A stretch of DNA of 64,000 nucleotides from Acidobacteriota bacterium (GCA_963666215.2 CAXWPL010000003.1:64001-128000), one strand, 5' to 3'. Positions 41,042-52,129 are shown, counted from the stretch's first letter. Translations and numbers: made by a program. The notes: generated by a model not told the origin, from the sequence alone.

Positions 41042-42376
41042 ATGTCGAAGTCCGATCCCGTGTGGCGACCGGTTCCACGCAATCTGCTCGGTTCCGCCGC
41101 CATCCTGCTCGTGCTGGTCGCAGCGGCTAGCTTCGCGTCGCCGTTCCTGGCCACACCGGTTGCTCAGCTCGACGAAAAGGCCCTGCTCGAGCGCCAGGGT
41201 CAAGCGATGTGCGGCATCGGCGGCTGCGGCTTCGGGCTCGACGGCTTCCCCGAGCCGTTCGTCGGCCCCGGCATCGCCGGCGCGCCCGGCCTGGTGGCAG
41301 CCCGCGCGGCTCTCCAGTTCGACTCGAGTGGTGTGAGGTTGTTGAGCTGGCTCACGACGCGCGATCTGAACGGATCGCCTACAGCCGGCAGCGACATCTG
41401 GGGCTACGTGTCGCCTTCGGGACGGGAGTACGCCATCGTCGGCCTGCAGAGAGGCACCGCGTTCGTCGATATCACCCGTCCGAACAGGCCCGACGTTCTC
41501 CAGGTGATCAAAGGTGGCAGCTCGGCTTGGCGCGACATGGCCGTTTACGACGAATTCGCCTACTCGGTCAACGAGCGCGGCGACGGGCTGCAGGTGATCG
41601 ACCTGCGCGACATCGACGCCGGCAATGTCAAGCTGCGCCAGAACCTCTAGCAATCCGGGCTGGAGACATCGCACAACGTGTTCGTTAACGAACAGAGTGG
41701 CTACCTCTACCTGCTGGGCTCCAACCTGTCGCGCGGCGGCCTGGTAGCCGTGGATCTCGCCGACCCTCTCAACCCGGTAATCGAGCCCATCAACTGGAAC
41801 GTCACTTATGTACACGACGTTCAGGTTGTGACGCTGAAGAAGGGCAAGAACGCCGGCCGTGAGATCGCTTTCGCCTTTACCGGTCCCATGGGATTGCACA
41901 TCATCGACGTCACCGACAAGGCCAACCCCAAGACGATCTCGAATCTGCGGTACAAGAACGCCACCTACGGGCACAGCGGTGCGCTGGCACCCAGCTACAA
42001 GTTCCTCTACATCAACGATGAGCTCGACGAGCGCTCCAACGCCGCCGTCAAACAGCTCACCACCTACGTCGTCAAAGTCAAGAACCTCGCCAAGCCGCGC
42101 CTGCTGCGGGCGGTCGTGCAGGATACCGAAGCCATCGACCACAACAGCATGGTCGCGGGCACGAACCTCTACATGTCCGCCTACACGGCTGGGCTGCGGG
42201 TGATGTCGATCAAGAACCGCAAGAGGCCCCGCGTCACGGGCTTCTTCGACACGTATCCCGCCGACGACAGCGCTACCTTCACGGGCGCCTGGGGCGTGTT
42301 CGCCGGCTTCCCATCGGGAAACGTCATCGTCTCCGACGTCGAGCGCGGCCTCTTCGTCCTGCGCGCGAAGTCGTAG
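41042..42376 (+). pseudogene. Choice-of-anchor-B/LVIVD-repeat secreted protein interrupted by an in-frame TAG at 41648
   Basis: SDIWGY, REYAIVG, AWRDM, HNVFVN, YVHD, NDELDE, IDHN and GAWGVF. ORFs 41042..41650 and 41678..42376 are in the same frame. Confidence 0.82.
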
Positions 42377-42519
42377 CTCGCCGCGAGGGCTGCTCAGCGC
42401 GCGGCCCCGGGTTTTGCGGGCTCTTCCCTGCTCTGGCGGAGTCTTCCGCGCGCTCTCAGGGTCCTCTCCAAGGGGGCCCGCTCTCATGGGCTCGTCCTGG
42501 TACCCCGCGCGACGTCCGC

Positions 42520-43848
42520 CTAGCGCCCGAGCAACACCGTAACGATGCCCGGGAAGAGAACAATCAGCAGCAGGCCAACCAGCTGGATCCCGATGAAGGG
42601 GATCGCGCCGCGGTAAATCTGCGAAGTGCGCACTTCGGGAGGCACCACGCCACGCAGATAGAAGAGCGCGAAGCCGAAAGGCGGCGTCAAGAAAGACGTC
42701 TGCAGGTTCATGCCGATCATGACGCCGAACCAAACCAGATCAACACCAAGCAGGCGTGCGGCCGGCACGAGCAGCGGGATGACGATGAACGCGATCTCGA
42801 AGAAATCGATGAAGAAGCCAAGAACGAAGATCATCAAGTTGGCGACAATCAGGAACCCCACGACCCCGCCAGGCAGATCGGTGAGCAGATCCTCAATCCA
42901 AAGATCGCCATCGAGGCCGCGAAAAACCAACGCGAAGGCCGTCGATCCGATAAGCAGAAACACGACCATGGACGTGAGCCTGGTGGTGTGATCCATGGCC
43001 TCGGTAATCGCGGCACGCGTCAGCCGGCCGTTGACCCAGGCCAGCAGCATCGCGCCCACGGCGCCAAGCGCCCCGGCCTCGGTCGGCGTGGCGATCCCCG
43101 CGAAGATGCTGCCCAGGACGATCAGAATGAGCACAAGCGGCGGCGCCATGACCATCAGGACCTGGCGCAGCAGCTCGAAGCCGACGGCGTCACGCTCTGC
43201 CGCCGGTAGCGCCGGCGCGGCGTCCGGGCGGACGATCGCGACGCCAATGACGTACACCGCGTAGAGGCCGGCAAGCATCAAGCCGGGTAGCAGGCCGCCG
43301 ATGAAAAGGTCTCCGACCGAAATACCCATCTGGTCGGCGAGAACCACGAGAACGACGCTCGGCGGAATGATCTGCCCCAGCGTCCCCGAGGCGGCAATGA
43401 CCCCCGCAGAAAGCTCGTCGGCGTAGCCGTATCGCCGCATGATCGGCAGGGAAATCAGTCCCATCGCCACGACAGAAGCGCCGACGACGCCGGTAGCCGC
43501 TGCCAGCAACGCGCCCACAAAGATCACCGCCAGCGCCAGCCCGCCGCGCAGCGGTCCGAAGAGCTTGCCGATTGTCTTCAACAGGTCCTCGGCGAGCCCA
43601 GACTTCTCCAGCATGGTGCCCATGAAAATGAAGAACGGCACCGCGAGGAGCACAAAGTTCGACATCACCCCGAAGATGCGTTGCGGCATCGCCTGCAACA
43701 GCGCCGCGTCGAAGTAGCCGGCAGCCACCCCGATTGCGCCAAAAAGCAATGCTGTGCCGCCGAGCGCGAAGGCCACCGGGAAGCCGGTGAAGATCAGCAC
43801 GAATACGCAGACGAACATCAACGGGCCCAGCGAGTCGCCCGCGAACAT
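42520..43848 (-). CDS. dctM: TRAP transporter large permease
   Basis: GFPVAFAL, LLAVPFFIFMG, GTLGQIIPPS, ATPTEAGA and SFLTPPFG. ATG 43848 overlaps the dctQ stop (TGATG). Confidence 0.93.
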   Translation of the reverse strand: MFAGDSLGPLMFVCVFVLIFTGFPVAFALGGTALLFGAIGVAAGYFDAALLQAMPQRIFGVMSNFVLLAVPFFIFMGTMLEKSGLAEDLLKTIGKLFGPLRGGLALAVIFVGALLAAATGVVGASVVAMGLISLPIMRRYGYADELSAGVIAASGTLGQIIPPSVVLVVLADQMGISVGDLFIGGLLPGLMLAGLYAVYVIGVAIVRPDAAPALPAAERDAVGFELLRQVLMVMAPPLVLILIVLGSIFAGIATPTEAGALGAVGAMLLAWVNGRLTRAAITEAMDHTTRLTSMVVFLLIGSTAFALVFRGLDGDLWIEDLLTDLPGGVVGFLIVANLMIFVLGFFIDFFEIAFIVIPLLVPAARLLGVDLVWFGVMIGMNLQTSFLTPPFGFALFYLRGVVPPEVRTSQIYRGAIPFIGIQLVGLLLIVLFPGIVTVLLGR

Positions 43849-44420
43849 CAGGGTTGGCGACCGCTGAACGGCACGGAACCCCCAGTATCGGGCGAGCGAA
43901 CGCGGCTGACGAGCCGCACGAGCTGCGCCAGCCCCTGCAGGATCAGCAGGACGAAGGCAACGAGGATCATCGTCTTGAGCGGGTAGCGCGGCAGCCCACC
44001 GGGATCCGGCGAGCCCTCGAGAACGGCCCACGAGTTGTACACCGCTGGCCACGACACCGCCAAGCAGAAGGCCGAGAACGGCAGCAGGAGAACCAGCGTG
44101 CCCACGAGGTCGATCCAGTCGCGCCGCCGCTGCGACAGGCGGGAGTAGAGCACGTCAACCCGTACGTGCCCATCGTGCTTGAGCGTGTAGGCCGCACCGA
44201 GCAGGAACACGAGGCTGAACAGGTACCACTGCGCCTCGAGATAAGCGTTTGAGCTCAGGTTGACGCCCAGCCACCGCCCGGCGTAGCGCGCCAAGGCGTT
44301 GAAGGCGCCGATCAGGATCATCGCCAACACCAGCCAGCCCACGAGCTTGCCAATGCGCTCGTTGAGGCGGTCGACGAGTTGCGCGGCTCTTTCCGGTCGC
44401 GTCCGCACCTGTCCGGCCAT
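43848..44420 (-). CDS. dctQ: TRAP transporter small permease
   Basis: EAQWYLF, HVRVDVLY and SPDPGGLP. Confidence 0.9.
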   Translation of the reverse strand: MAGQVRTRPERAAQLVDRLNERIGKLVGWLVLAMILIGAFNALARYAGRWLGVNLSSNAYLEAQWYLFSLVFLLGAAYTLKHDGHVRVDVLYSRLSQRRRDWIDLVGTLVLLLPFSAFCLAVSWPAVYNSWAVLEGSPDPGGLPRYPLKTMILVAFVLLILQGLAQLVRLVSRVRSPDTGGSVPFSGRQP

Positions 44421-44508
44421 CTGCGGTAGCCCCCGGTCTCGATGTCCACTCACAGGAACTTCATGCCTAGACTTGGCCATTATCAATCAACAAAGACGGC
44501 CTAAAGAC

Positions 44509-46245
44509 ATGAAAACATCTCAAGAAAGAGCACAGATCCTTTTTAGTTATCGTTGCGCACTAGCGACCACTTTGACTCTCCTGCCCGCACTTTCGTTCGC
44601 CGGGCCGACCGAGAGTACATCACCGCGTCAGGAGACGGTGCGGCCAAGCCTGACCACCGAGTTGACGCCCTGCTGCAAGAGCTCTCTCGAGCGCCACCTT
44701 GGGGCCGCTCAACCGAATCAAGACGACGGCGCCGAGCGTGAGGTCGTGCAGCTCGAGCCGGACTCCAGCGACGAGATGCAGAACCTCAAACGGGAAGTCA
44801 TGCGATTTTCGCAGCACCTCGTGGTTGGTGACCAGATCGGCGAGGGCGACGATCGGAGCTCGGCCATCGCCGGAGCGGACAACGTTGCCGGCGCAAATGT
44901 CACCAGCAAGATCACAGGCATGAACCGCAAGGAAGCGGCAGGCCAGGAGGCCTTCCTGTTCCCCAGCGACGCCAGCGTGGCCGCCGGTCCGAGCCACTTC
45001 GTGCAGACCGCCAACAGCGCGATCGCGGTGATCCCGCGCACAGGTCGGCGTTCAACACGCGCGTCACGCACGCTGATTCAGAGCCTTAACGAGCACTTCG
45101 AAGCGACCGACGGGCCGCTGATCTTCGACCCGCGTGTGCTATACGACCGAGTCTCCAGGCGCTTCTTCGTCGTGGCCATCAGCTACAGCAGAGCGACTCA
45201 GCGAGCCGACCTGTGGCTGTCGGTTTCGCGTAGTAACCGTCCCAAGCGCTTGGCAACTGGCTGGTGCAACTACCACTTCAACGCCAATCACCGCGGCAGC
45301 TCACCAGACTTCCCGACGATTGGAGTCAACCCAGACTGGTTCGTGGTCTCGACATCTCAGTTCGCCTTCGACGGCACCGCGCGCGACGGCTGGCTACACG
45401 CTGTCGACAACCGCGCCCTCGTCGACAACTCGCAGCGCTGCCCGCGCGCCGCGATGTCGGTATTCGAGATACCCCGCGACCCCAACGGCAACCGCACGTT
45501 GACGATCCAGCCAGCTCATCACCTCGACGCCGGCCCCTCGGCGCCTACCGACGGTCCTCTTTACATGGTCAGCGGACGCTGCTGCAACGTAACGTCGGAG
45601 TACGCCCTCTGGGAGCTGCGCCGAACGCCGCAAGGTCCTGTCCTGTCACAGAGCACGATCACAGGAGACCCCTACGGGATTCCCCCGGATGTGCCGCAGA
45701 AAGGCGGCGGCGCGCCGTTCGACACCGGCAACCAGAGGATCTCCCGAGCCGTCGTGCGCAACGGCGAGCTCTTCTTCGCCCACACGACCGGCTGCGTCCA
45801 GGGAGGCAAGGTCTCCGCCTGCGTTCGAGTCGCCCGCCTCGACCCCACCCTAGCCGCGGTGTCATTCGCCCCGCCCCGTGTCCGTTCCTGGACCTTCGGT
45901 GGCGGCGCCGATGTTCATCTGTTCCGGCCCGACCTCGCGGTGAACCGCGACGGCTCCATCATGACCGTGTTTCACGTCGCCGGCCCGCGGCAGTTTCTCA
46001 GCCTGGGCTTCGCCGGCAAGCGCGCGACCTCTCCGAATTTCGACCCCTTCGGCTTCGTGCATCGCGGGAATCAGAAGATGGGCTGCGAGTCGAACGGTCG
46101 CAACCGCACCGGCGACTACCAGGGGGCGGCGGTAGATCCGCGCGACGACTCCACCTTCGTGCTGACCGGTCAGTTCAACAACCGCGGCGTAGGGTTCACG
46201 TCGAAGTGCAACTGGGACACGGTGGTTGCCGAAGTCGCCTATTGA
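44509..46245 (+). CDS. Secreted uncharacterised protein, probable beta-propeller
   Basis: Signal-like N-terminus; PSDASVAAGPSHFVQTANS, FDPRVLYD, DFPTIG and RTGDY; several Cys residues. Confidence 0.7.
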   Translation: MKTSQERAQILFSYRCALATTLTLLPALSFAGPTESTSPRQETVRPSLTTELTPCCKSSLERHLGAAQPNQDDGAEREVVQLEPDSSDEMQNLKREVMRFSQHLVVGDQIGEGDDRSSAIAGADNVAGANVTSKITGMNRKEAAGQEAFLFPSDASVAAGPSHFVQTANSAIAVIPRTGRRSTRASRTLIQSLNEHFEATDGPLIFDPRVLYDRVSRRFFVVAISYSRATQRADLWLSVSRSNRPKRLATGWCNYHFNANHRGSSPDFPTIGVNPDWFVVSTSQFAFDGTARDGWLHAVDNRALVDNSQRCPRAAMSVFEIPRDPNGNRTLTIQPAHHLDAGPSAPTDGPLYMVSGRCCNVTSEYALWELRRTPQGPVLSQSTITGDPYGIPPDVPQKGGGAPFDTGNQRISRAVVRNGELFFAHTTGCVQGGKVSACVRVARLDPTLAAVSFAPPRVRSWTFGGGADVHLFRPDLAVNRDGSIMTVFHVAGPRQFLSLGFAGKRATSPNFDPFGFVHRGNQKMGCESNGRNRTGDYQGAAVDPRDDSTFVLTGQFNNRGVGFTSKCNWDTVVAEVAY

Positions 46246-46275
46246 TCACCGCACAGGCGTACTCACGCTGTGGCG

Positions 46276-47643
46276 CTAGCGGATCAAGAGAATCCTGTCG
46301 TTGACTGGATAGAGCCACTCCACGCCGCGCTCGCTGACAACGGCGTCGTCCTCGAGCGGTATTCGCACCTTGGCCCCGCCCCACTCGGGTGCGGCCGTGT
46401 AGGCGAACAGCTCGATCGAGAACAAGTTGCTCGACTTGATCTCGAACGTGAGCCGTAGTGGGTTGAACCAAGCGATCGACGGGCCGACACCGTGGCCCAG
46501 GTTTCCCACAGAGTGGCAGCCAATGATGACCTCGGTCTGGTCGCCACCCGACAACTGGTTGAACGCCGACATGATCTCGAAGCCCTCCGCGGCGATCGCC
46601 GTGTTGAGGCGCTCGAGCATCTCGCCGGCGGTAGGGCCGGGCACGATGGTGCGGCGGATCACCTCGCGCACCTTCACCGCCTGGTCGAAGGCGTTCTGGA
46701 AACCGGGGGGTGCGACGCTCTCACCCTCCTCCAGAACGTAGGCGATGCGCTTCATGTCGGTGAAGAGATTGAGGTAACCGACCCCCCAGTCGATCATCAG
46801 CAGGTCGCCGCGTTGGATGATGCGCGAGCTCGAAGTCGCGACGATTCCCTCCGGCCCGGTGATGTAAACCGACGGCATGTCGAAAGACGAGCCGAGGCCG
46901 CGCTCGAGCAACTGGTCCATCATCCACCACGCCACATCCTCGAGAGCGGTGATCCCTGGGGTAATGACCTCGTTCGAGAGGGCGCGGTCCGCGATCTCGC
47001 GTGATAGCTCCCCCGCCCGCCCGAACGCCACAATCTCGCTGGCCACGCGCCGCGAGCGGAAGTCGGAAACCAGCCGTTCCGCCGACACCAGTCGGGATGA
47101 ATACGGCTCGCCGAGCGTCTCGACAAGGTGGACGTACGCAGTGTGCGACAGGCCGTCGGCGCCACCGATGTTGTGCGACATGTTGACGCCAATGCGCTGC
47201 GGGTCGCGCTCGGCAACGAACTCGCGCAGGTCGAACCCGCCAGTAACGATGTCGTACGCACCGTTCTCGGCGAGCAGGTAGCCATCGATGCCGAGTGCCG
47301 CGCGCTCGATACGCGCGACTCCCCTGCCCTCTGCCGAACGATTGGATCGTTCAGTAGAAGCGGCGCGATCTGTAAAAATGTAGTAGCCGATGCCGCCCAC
47401 ATAGCCACGGCCGAGATCCTCGTAGAGCGGATCGAGATGCCCCTCCTTCGACATGACGATCCACATGTCGATTTCGTTGTCGCGCATCGCCTCGGGAAGC
47501 ACGAGATCGAACTTGTCGCGCCGGATCTGCGCCATCGTTTCCCAGCGACGACGAGCCTCCTGGGCAACGGCTCCGACCTCAGCGACATGGGCTGAGATCA
47601 GCGTGAGTAGGGCGGCAGTTACCACAGCGCGATGTCGGGACAC
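46276..47643 (-). CDS. M24-family (Xaa-Pro aminopeptidase-like) metallopeptidase, secreted
   Basis: Metal ligands in IDWG..TDMKR, HSVG..GHG, SIE and LEDD. GGAGG precedes GTG 47643. Confidence 0.85.
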   Translation of the reverse strand: MSRHRAVVTAALLTLISAHVAEVGAVAQEARRRWETMAQIRRDKFDLVLPEAMRDNEIDMWIVMSKEGHLDPLYEDLGRGYVGGIGYYIFTDRAASTERSNRSAEGRGVARIERAALGIDGYLLAENGAYDIVTGGFDLREFVAERDPQRIGVNMSHNIGGADGLSHTAYVHLVETLGEPYSSRLVSAERLVSDFRSRRVASEIVAFGRAGELSREIADRALSNEVITPGITALEDVAWWMMDQLLERGLGSSFDMPSVYITGPEGIVATSSSRIIQRGDLLMIDWGVGYLNLFTDMKRIAYVLEEGESVAPPGFQNAFDQAVKVREVIRRTIVPGPTAGEMLERLNTAIAAEGFEIMSAFNQLSGGDQTEVIIGCHSVGNLGHGVGPSIAWFNPLRLTFEIKSSNLFSIELFAYTAAPEWGGAKVRIPLEDDAVVSERGVEWLYPVNDRILLIR

Positions 47644-47819
47644 GTCGATTCCTCCGGGCTCTGCGCGGAACGAGCGCAGGTTGGTTCGAAGCAGCTGCCC
47701 GCTCCTCTCGGCTGACTCGGCCTGGATCGGGAACGGACGGGAAGCACTCTCCGGTGCTCTGCGGCGCATCTAAGGGTATGCTCTCGGCCCGGCGACTTCT
47801 ACGAAACAGAGGCAGCGCA

Positions 47820-49825
47820 ATGAGCCCTGCGAGCTCCGACAAGGCTTTGGGCATGAACCGCGACATCACGCGTCGCGATTTCCTCGGCTCGACTGCCTTG
47901 GGCAGCGGAGCGGCGCTGCTATCGATGGCGGCCCCAGGCTGTGGCGGTGGACGCGAGTCGGCCCCGGGAGGCGACTCGCAGTCGGCGCCCGAATTGCTGG
48001 GCATGGACGTCCCCGATTGGGGCTCCTACGGAGGCGTTGGCGACTACGCCAACTCCTACGGCAATACCGAAGCGGTGGTACGGGCGGCTCACTCGGTGCG
48101 CACCGGCCGGCATCAAACCCTCGGCGTCGATGTCGCCGACACCGGCGAGGTTTACGACCTGGTCATCGTCGGTGCGGGTTTCTCCGGCCTCGCCGCCGCC
48201 TACGAGTTCAAGCGCCACGCGCGACCCGGGCAGACCTGCCTGCCCCTCGACAACCACCCGATGTTCGGCGGCGAAGCCAAGCGCAACGAGTTCATGGTGA
48301 ACGGCCTGCGGCTCATGGGTCCCCAGGGCTCCAACGGCACGGTGACCGGTGTGGAGCCCATCGCCGAGTTTCACGACGCCTTCGGAATTCCGAACGAGTT
48401 CGAGTTCGCCGGCTGGGACGCCAACCGCTTCAAGCCCATGGACTTCCCGCGTGACAACTACGGCTTCATGCTGTGGGGCGACAACTCGAGCTCGATCGGC
48501 TACTTCTTCGACGAAAGCTCGAGCTGGGGTCGCGCCGATAGCCCGACCTGGGCGCGCGGCATCTGGTGGAACAACATGGAGGGCACGCCGTTCCCCGAGC
48601 AGGTCCGCCGCGACCTACTCGCCTGGCGCGCCAACCGCGGCCGGCCGGTGCCTGCCGAGATGGAGGGCAACGTCGACCTCTGGCTCGACTCGATGACCTA
48701 CCAGCACTACCTGGAGAACGTGCTTGGCCATGGGCCGGAGGTGGCGAGCTTCCTGACCCCGATCATGGCGTCGGGTCTGGGTCTCGGCTGCGACGCGATT
48801 TCGGCCTATCGCGCCAAGGCGTCCGGCAGCCCCGGGTTCGACGGCTACACTGCTGCCGATCGCTACAGCTACATGCCGCCCGAGCCGCCCGGGCTCGAAA
48901 ACATGCCCTGGTTCTCGTTCCCTGGCGGCAACACGGGAATCGCTCGTTACTTCGTCAAGTGGCTGATCCCCAACGCCATCGCCGGCGGCACGACGCTCGA
49001 AGAAGTCATCACCCACCCCGTAAGCTTCGACGCTCTCGACCGGCCCGATCAACCTGTCAGCATTCGCTTGGCCTCGACGGTCGTTCACGTCAGCCATGAG
49101 GCCTCCACGCCAGAGGCCTCCGAGTACGTTGTTGTGGGCTATACGCGCGAGGGTCAGGCCCATCGTCTGAAGGCTCGTTCGGTGGTCATGGCCGGCGGTT
49201 CGTGGATGAACCGCAACATCGTGCAAGGCGCTCCCGACGAGCTGACCGAGGCGTGGCAACAGCTCAACTACGCCTCGATCCTGTCGGTGAACGTCGCGCT
49301 CACCAACTGGCGTCCGATGTACGAGCTGGGCGTCAGCGCCTGTCACTGGTCCGGAGGACTCGGCTTTTCGGGCAACATCAGACGCCCGATGCACATGGGC
49401 AGCTACCAGCCACCCCTCGACCCCGACCAGCCGGCGGTCTTCACGATGTACGTCACCTTCCCGAGTCCGGGGCTGCCAGCGCGCCAGCAAGGCCAGCTGT
49501 CGCGACTCGATCTCCTCAACACGCCGTACGCCGACTACGAGCGCCAGATCCGCGAACAACTCGTGCGTCTGTTCGGGGCTTCTGGATTCGATCCGGCACG
49601 CGACATCGCCGGCGTGGTGTTGAACCGCTGGGGCCATGCGTACGTCGTTGGCGAGCCCGGTTTCCACATCTCGAGCCGGAGAAGACAACGCCGGCCGACA
49701 TCATTCGGCGGGGCCTCGGCCGCATCCGCTTCGGCCACTCCGAGCTGCTCGGGCACCAGCACTGGCCTGGAGCCACCATCGAAGGGCGCCGCGCAGCCTC
49801 TGAAGCCTTGGAGTTCCTTTCGACT
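47820..49825 (+). pseudogene. Tat-exported FAD-dependent oxidoreductase, spermidine-dehydrogenase-like, frameshifted at about 49670
   Basis: ITRRDFLG, VIVGAGFSGLAAA, DNHPMFGGEAKRNEF, FPGGN and NRWGHAY. The tail GRIRFGHSEL..EGRRA is in another frame; the exact end is uncertain. Confidence 0.8.
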
Positions 49826-49879
49826 CAGGTCGGCGCGCACGCGCTGCCTCGAGTGCCGAACACAGCGAACGAGATTCAC

Positions 49880-51274
49880 ATGGACGACGAGCCGACAGCG
49901 CCTCCGCATGAGGCCGAAACGCGGCACGGTTCAGCTGCAGAGCGCAGCGCGCACTGGCTGAAGTTCGCCGTTCCCTCGGCTCTCGGGGTGCTGCTCTTCC
50001 TGGTGCCGATACGCATCGGCGGCAGCCCGAACGTCGGGATCGGGTACCTGAGCGATCTGGTGGAAGGCAAGCTCGAGTCGTGGTTGCCGACAATCGTCAC
50101 CATCGTCGTCACGATCTCGGCGGTACTCAGCGTGGGAACGCTCATCCTGCGGCCGAAGGGCACCGACGACGAGCGCGGTTGGGGGCGCCTGTTCGATGTC
50201 GGCCTACCGGCGACCGCGATCCGGGCCCTTGGCGCGGCTGTTGCGTGGATGGTGCTCCTGCAGATCGGGCCGGCGTGGCTCGTTTCCGCCGACACCGGAG
50301 CCGTCATCCTCAACGACCTGATGACGGTCATCTTCATCCTGTTCGTTTTCGCCGCGATGGCGCTGCCACTGCTGACCGACTTCGGGCTCATGGAGTTCGC
50401 GGGGACGCTTCTGCGATCCGTGTTCCGTCCTCTTTTCCGGCTGCCGGGCCGCGCGTCTATCGATGCGTTGGCCTCGTGGTTGGGCTCGGCGCCGGTAGGC
50501 ACGATCCTGACCATCGACCAGTACGAACGGGGCTTCTACACCGCCCGCGAAGCGTGCTCGCTGGTGTCCTCGTTCTCGGTCGTCTCGGTCGCCTTCGCGG
50601 TGGTCATCATCAACTTCGTGGGGCTCGCCGACGCCTTCCTGCCGTTCTACGCGACACTCGCCGTGTGCGGATTGGCGGCGGCCATCGTGCTACCACGCGT
50701 GCCACCTCTATCGCGCCGCACCGACGACCTGTTCGATCCGACAATGCCGCCCTATCTGGAACCGGAGCCTGTGGGCGAGTCGCGCTTCGCCCAGGCGCTC
50801 GAGCTCGCCGTGGCCCGCGCGGGCGCGGCAGATCCACCGCGCACGATGGCCAGGAGGAGTGCCATGCAGGTGCTCGACATCTGGTTCGGTCTCGAGCCGC
50901 TGGTCATGGTGATCGGCGCCTTCGGCCTCGCGATGGCTGTGCACACACCGATCTTCGGGTGGCTGGCGACACCGCTCGTGCCGGTGCTGGAGCTGCTGCG
51001 TCTGCCCGACGCGGCGGCCGCTGCACCGGCGTTGATCGTCGGATTCGCCGATCAGTTCCTCCCGGTGATCCTGGCGCAAGGAATCCCCAGCGAGGTCACG
51101 CGCTTCGTGATCGCCTGCATGTCGGTGACGCAGCTGATCTACATGTCGGAGGTCGGCGCGTTGTTGCTGCGCTCTTCGCTACCGCTGAGCGTTCTCGACC
51201 TGCTGGCGATCTTCGCCTGGCGGACGGTGCTCACACTGCCGATCGCCGCAGCGGCGGCCCACCTCATCTTCTAG
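49880..51274 (+). CDS. YjiH-family (nucleoside-recognition gate domain) membrane transporter
   Basis: LLTDFGLMEF, RPLFRLPGRASIDALASWLG, GFADQFLP and QLIYMSEVG. Confidence 0.88.
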   Translation: MDDEPTAPPHEAETRHGSAAERSAHWLKFAVPSALGVLLFLVPIRIGGSPNVGIGYLSDLVEGKLESWLPTIVTIVVTISAVLSVGTLILRPKGTDDERGWGRLFDVGLPATAIRALGAAVAWMVLLQIGPAWLVSADTGAVILNDLMTVIFILFVFAAMALPLLTDFGLMEFAGTLLRSVFRPLFRLPGRASIDALASWLGSAPVGTILTIDQYERGFYTAREACSLVSSFSVVSVAFAVVIINFVGLADAFLPFYATLAVCGLAAAIVLPRVPPLSRRTDDLFDPTMPPYLEPEPVGESRFAQALELAVARAGAADPPRTMARRSAMQVLDIWFGLEPLVMVIGAFGLAMAVHTPIFGWLATPLVPVLELLRLPDAAAAAPALIVGFADQFLPVILAQGIPSEVTRFVIACMSVTQLIYMSEVGALLLRSSLPLSVLDLLAIFAWRTVLTLPIAAAAAHLIF

Positions 51275-51386
51275 ATCGGCGCCACCCGACGGGCGGCCGC
51301 GCCCGAATGCCCCATGCGCGTCCGCGGCACCGAGTGGATGGCGCCGAGTGCGCGGCCGGTCACCGCGTACTCGGCCGCTCTCACAA

Positions 51387-51947
51387 CTAGCGCGGCCACA
51401 GCCAGCCGAAGGCGCCGGCGGTGAGCAACGAGTAGACCAGCCCTTCGAAGACGAACTTCCCCGTCGAGGCCCACGACTTCCCCATCCAGATCGACTGCGG
51501 GATATAGCCGCCAGCGTAGCCGAGGAACGCCACCGTTCCGGCAACCTGGAACACGCGAAGATATTCGACGCCCGCGTCGACCGTACGACCGGTCACGTAA
51601 GCCACGAAGATGCCCATCAGGAGGGTGAAGCCGAACCACTGACCGAGCGCCGCACCCATCGCCGGAGGGCCGCTGGGAAGGACGGTGAGAAAGCCAACCG
51701 GCCCTTTCTCCATCTTGGCCTTGAGCTCCGGCTGTTCCATCTCCTTGAACGAGGTCATGTGGGGCATGGAATACGAGCCCGGCCCTACGCCGGCCGTGCG
51801 CATCGCCTCCATGATGTCGTCCTCCGAGGCCATCTTGCTGAAGTCGTTGCCGTGAAAGTTGAGCACCATGTGGAACACCGAGCTGGCAATAAAGACCACC
51901 ATGGCAGCAATCAGGATGGGCAGCCAAAGCGCGGTGATCGTGACCAT
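51387..51947 (-). CDS. Conserved hypothetical 4-TM membrane protein
   Basis: LWLPILIAA..FIASSVFHM and four hydrophobic segments; GGAGGTG SD. Confidence 0.75.
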   Translation of the reverse strand: MVTITALWLPILIAAMVVFIASSVFHMVLNFHGNDFSKMASEDDIMEAMRTAGVGPGSYSMPHMTSFKEMEQPELKAKMEKGPVGFLTVLPSGPPAMGAALGQWFGFTLLMGIFVAYVTGRTVDAGVEYLRVFQVAGTVAFLGYAGGYIPQSIWMGKSWASTGKFVFEGLVYSLLTAGAFGWLWPR

Positions 51948-52129
51948 GATCGGCACCTCCGCGGAGGCTCCCGCCGCGTATTCCCGCCAGGGCGAGCGGC
52001 CGGGGGCGATGAAACGAGCGACCGGCGGCGGAGACTACTCGAAAGCGAGCGCTTTGGAAACCTGTTGCCTGGCGGCGACCACACGAACCGGCCCCACCCT
52101 GCGTGGCTCGCGGGGAACGTTTGCCTGGC

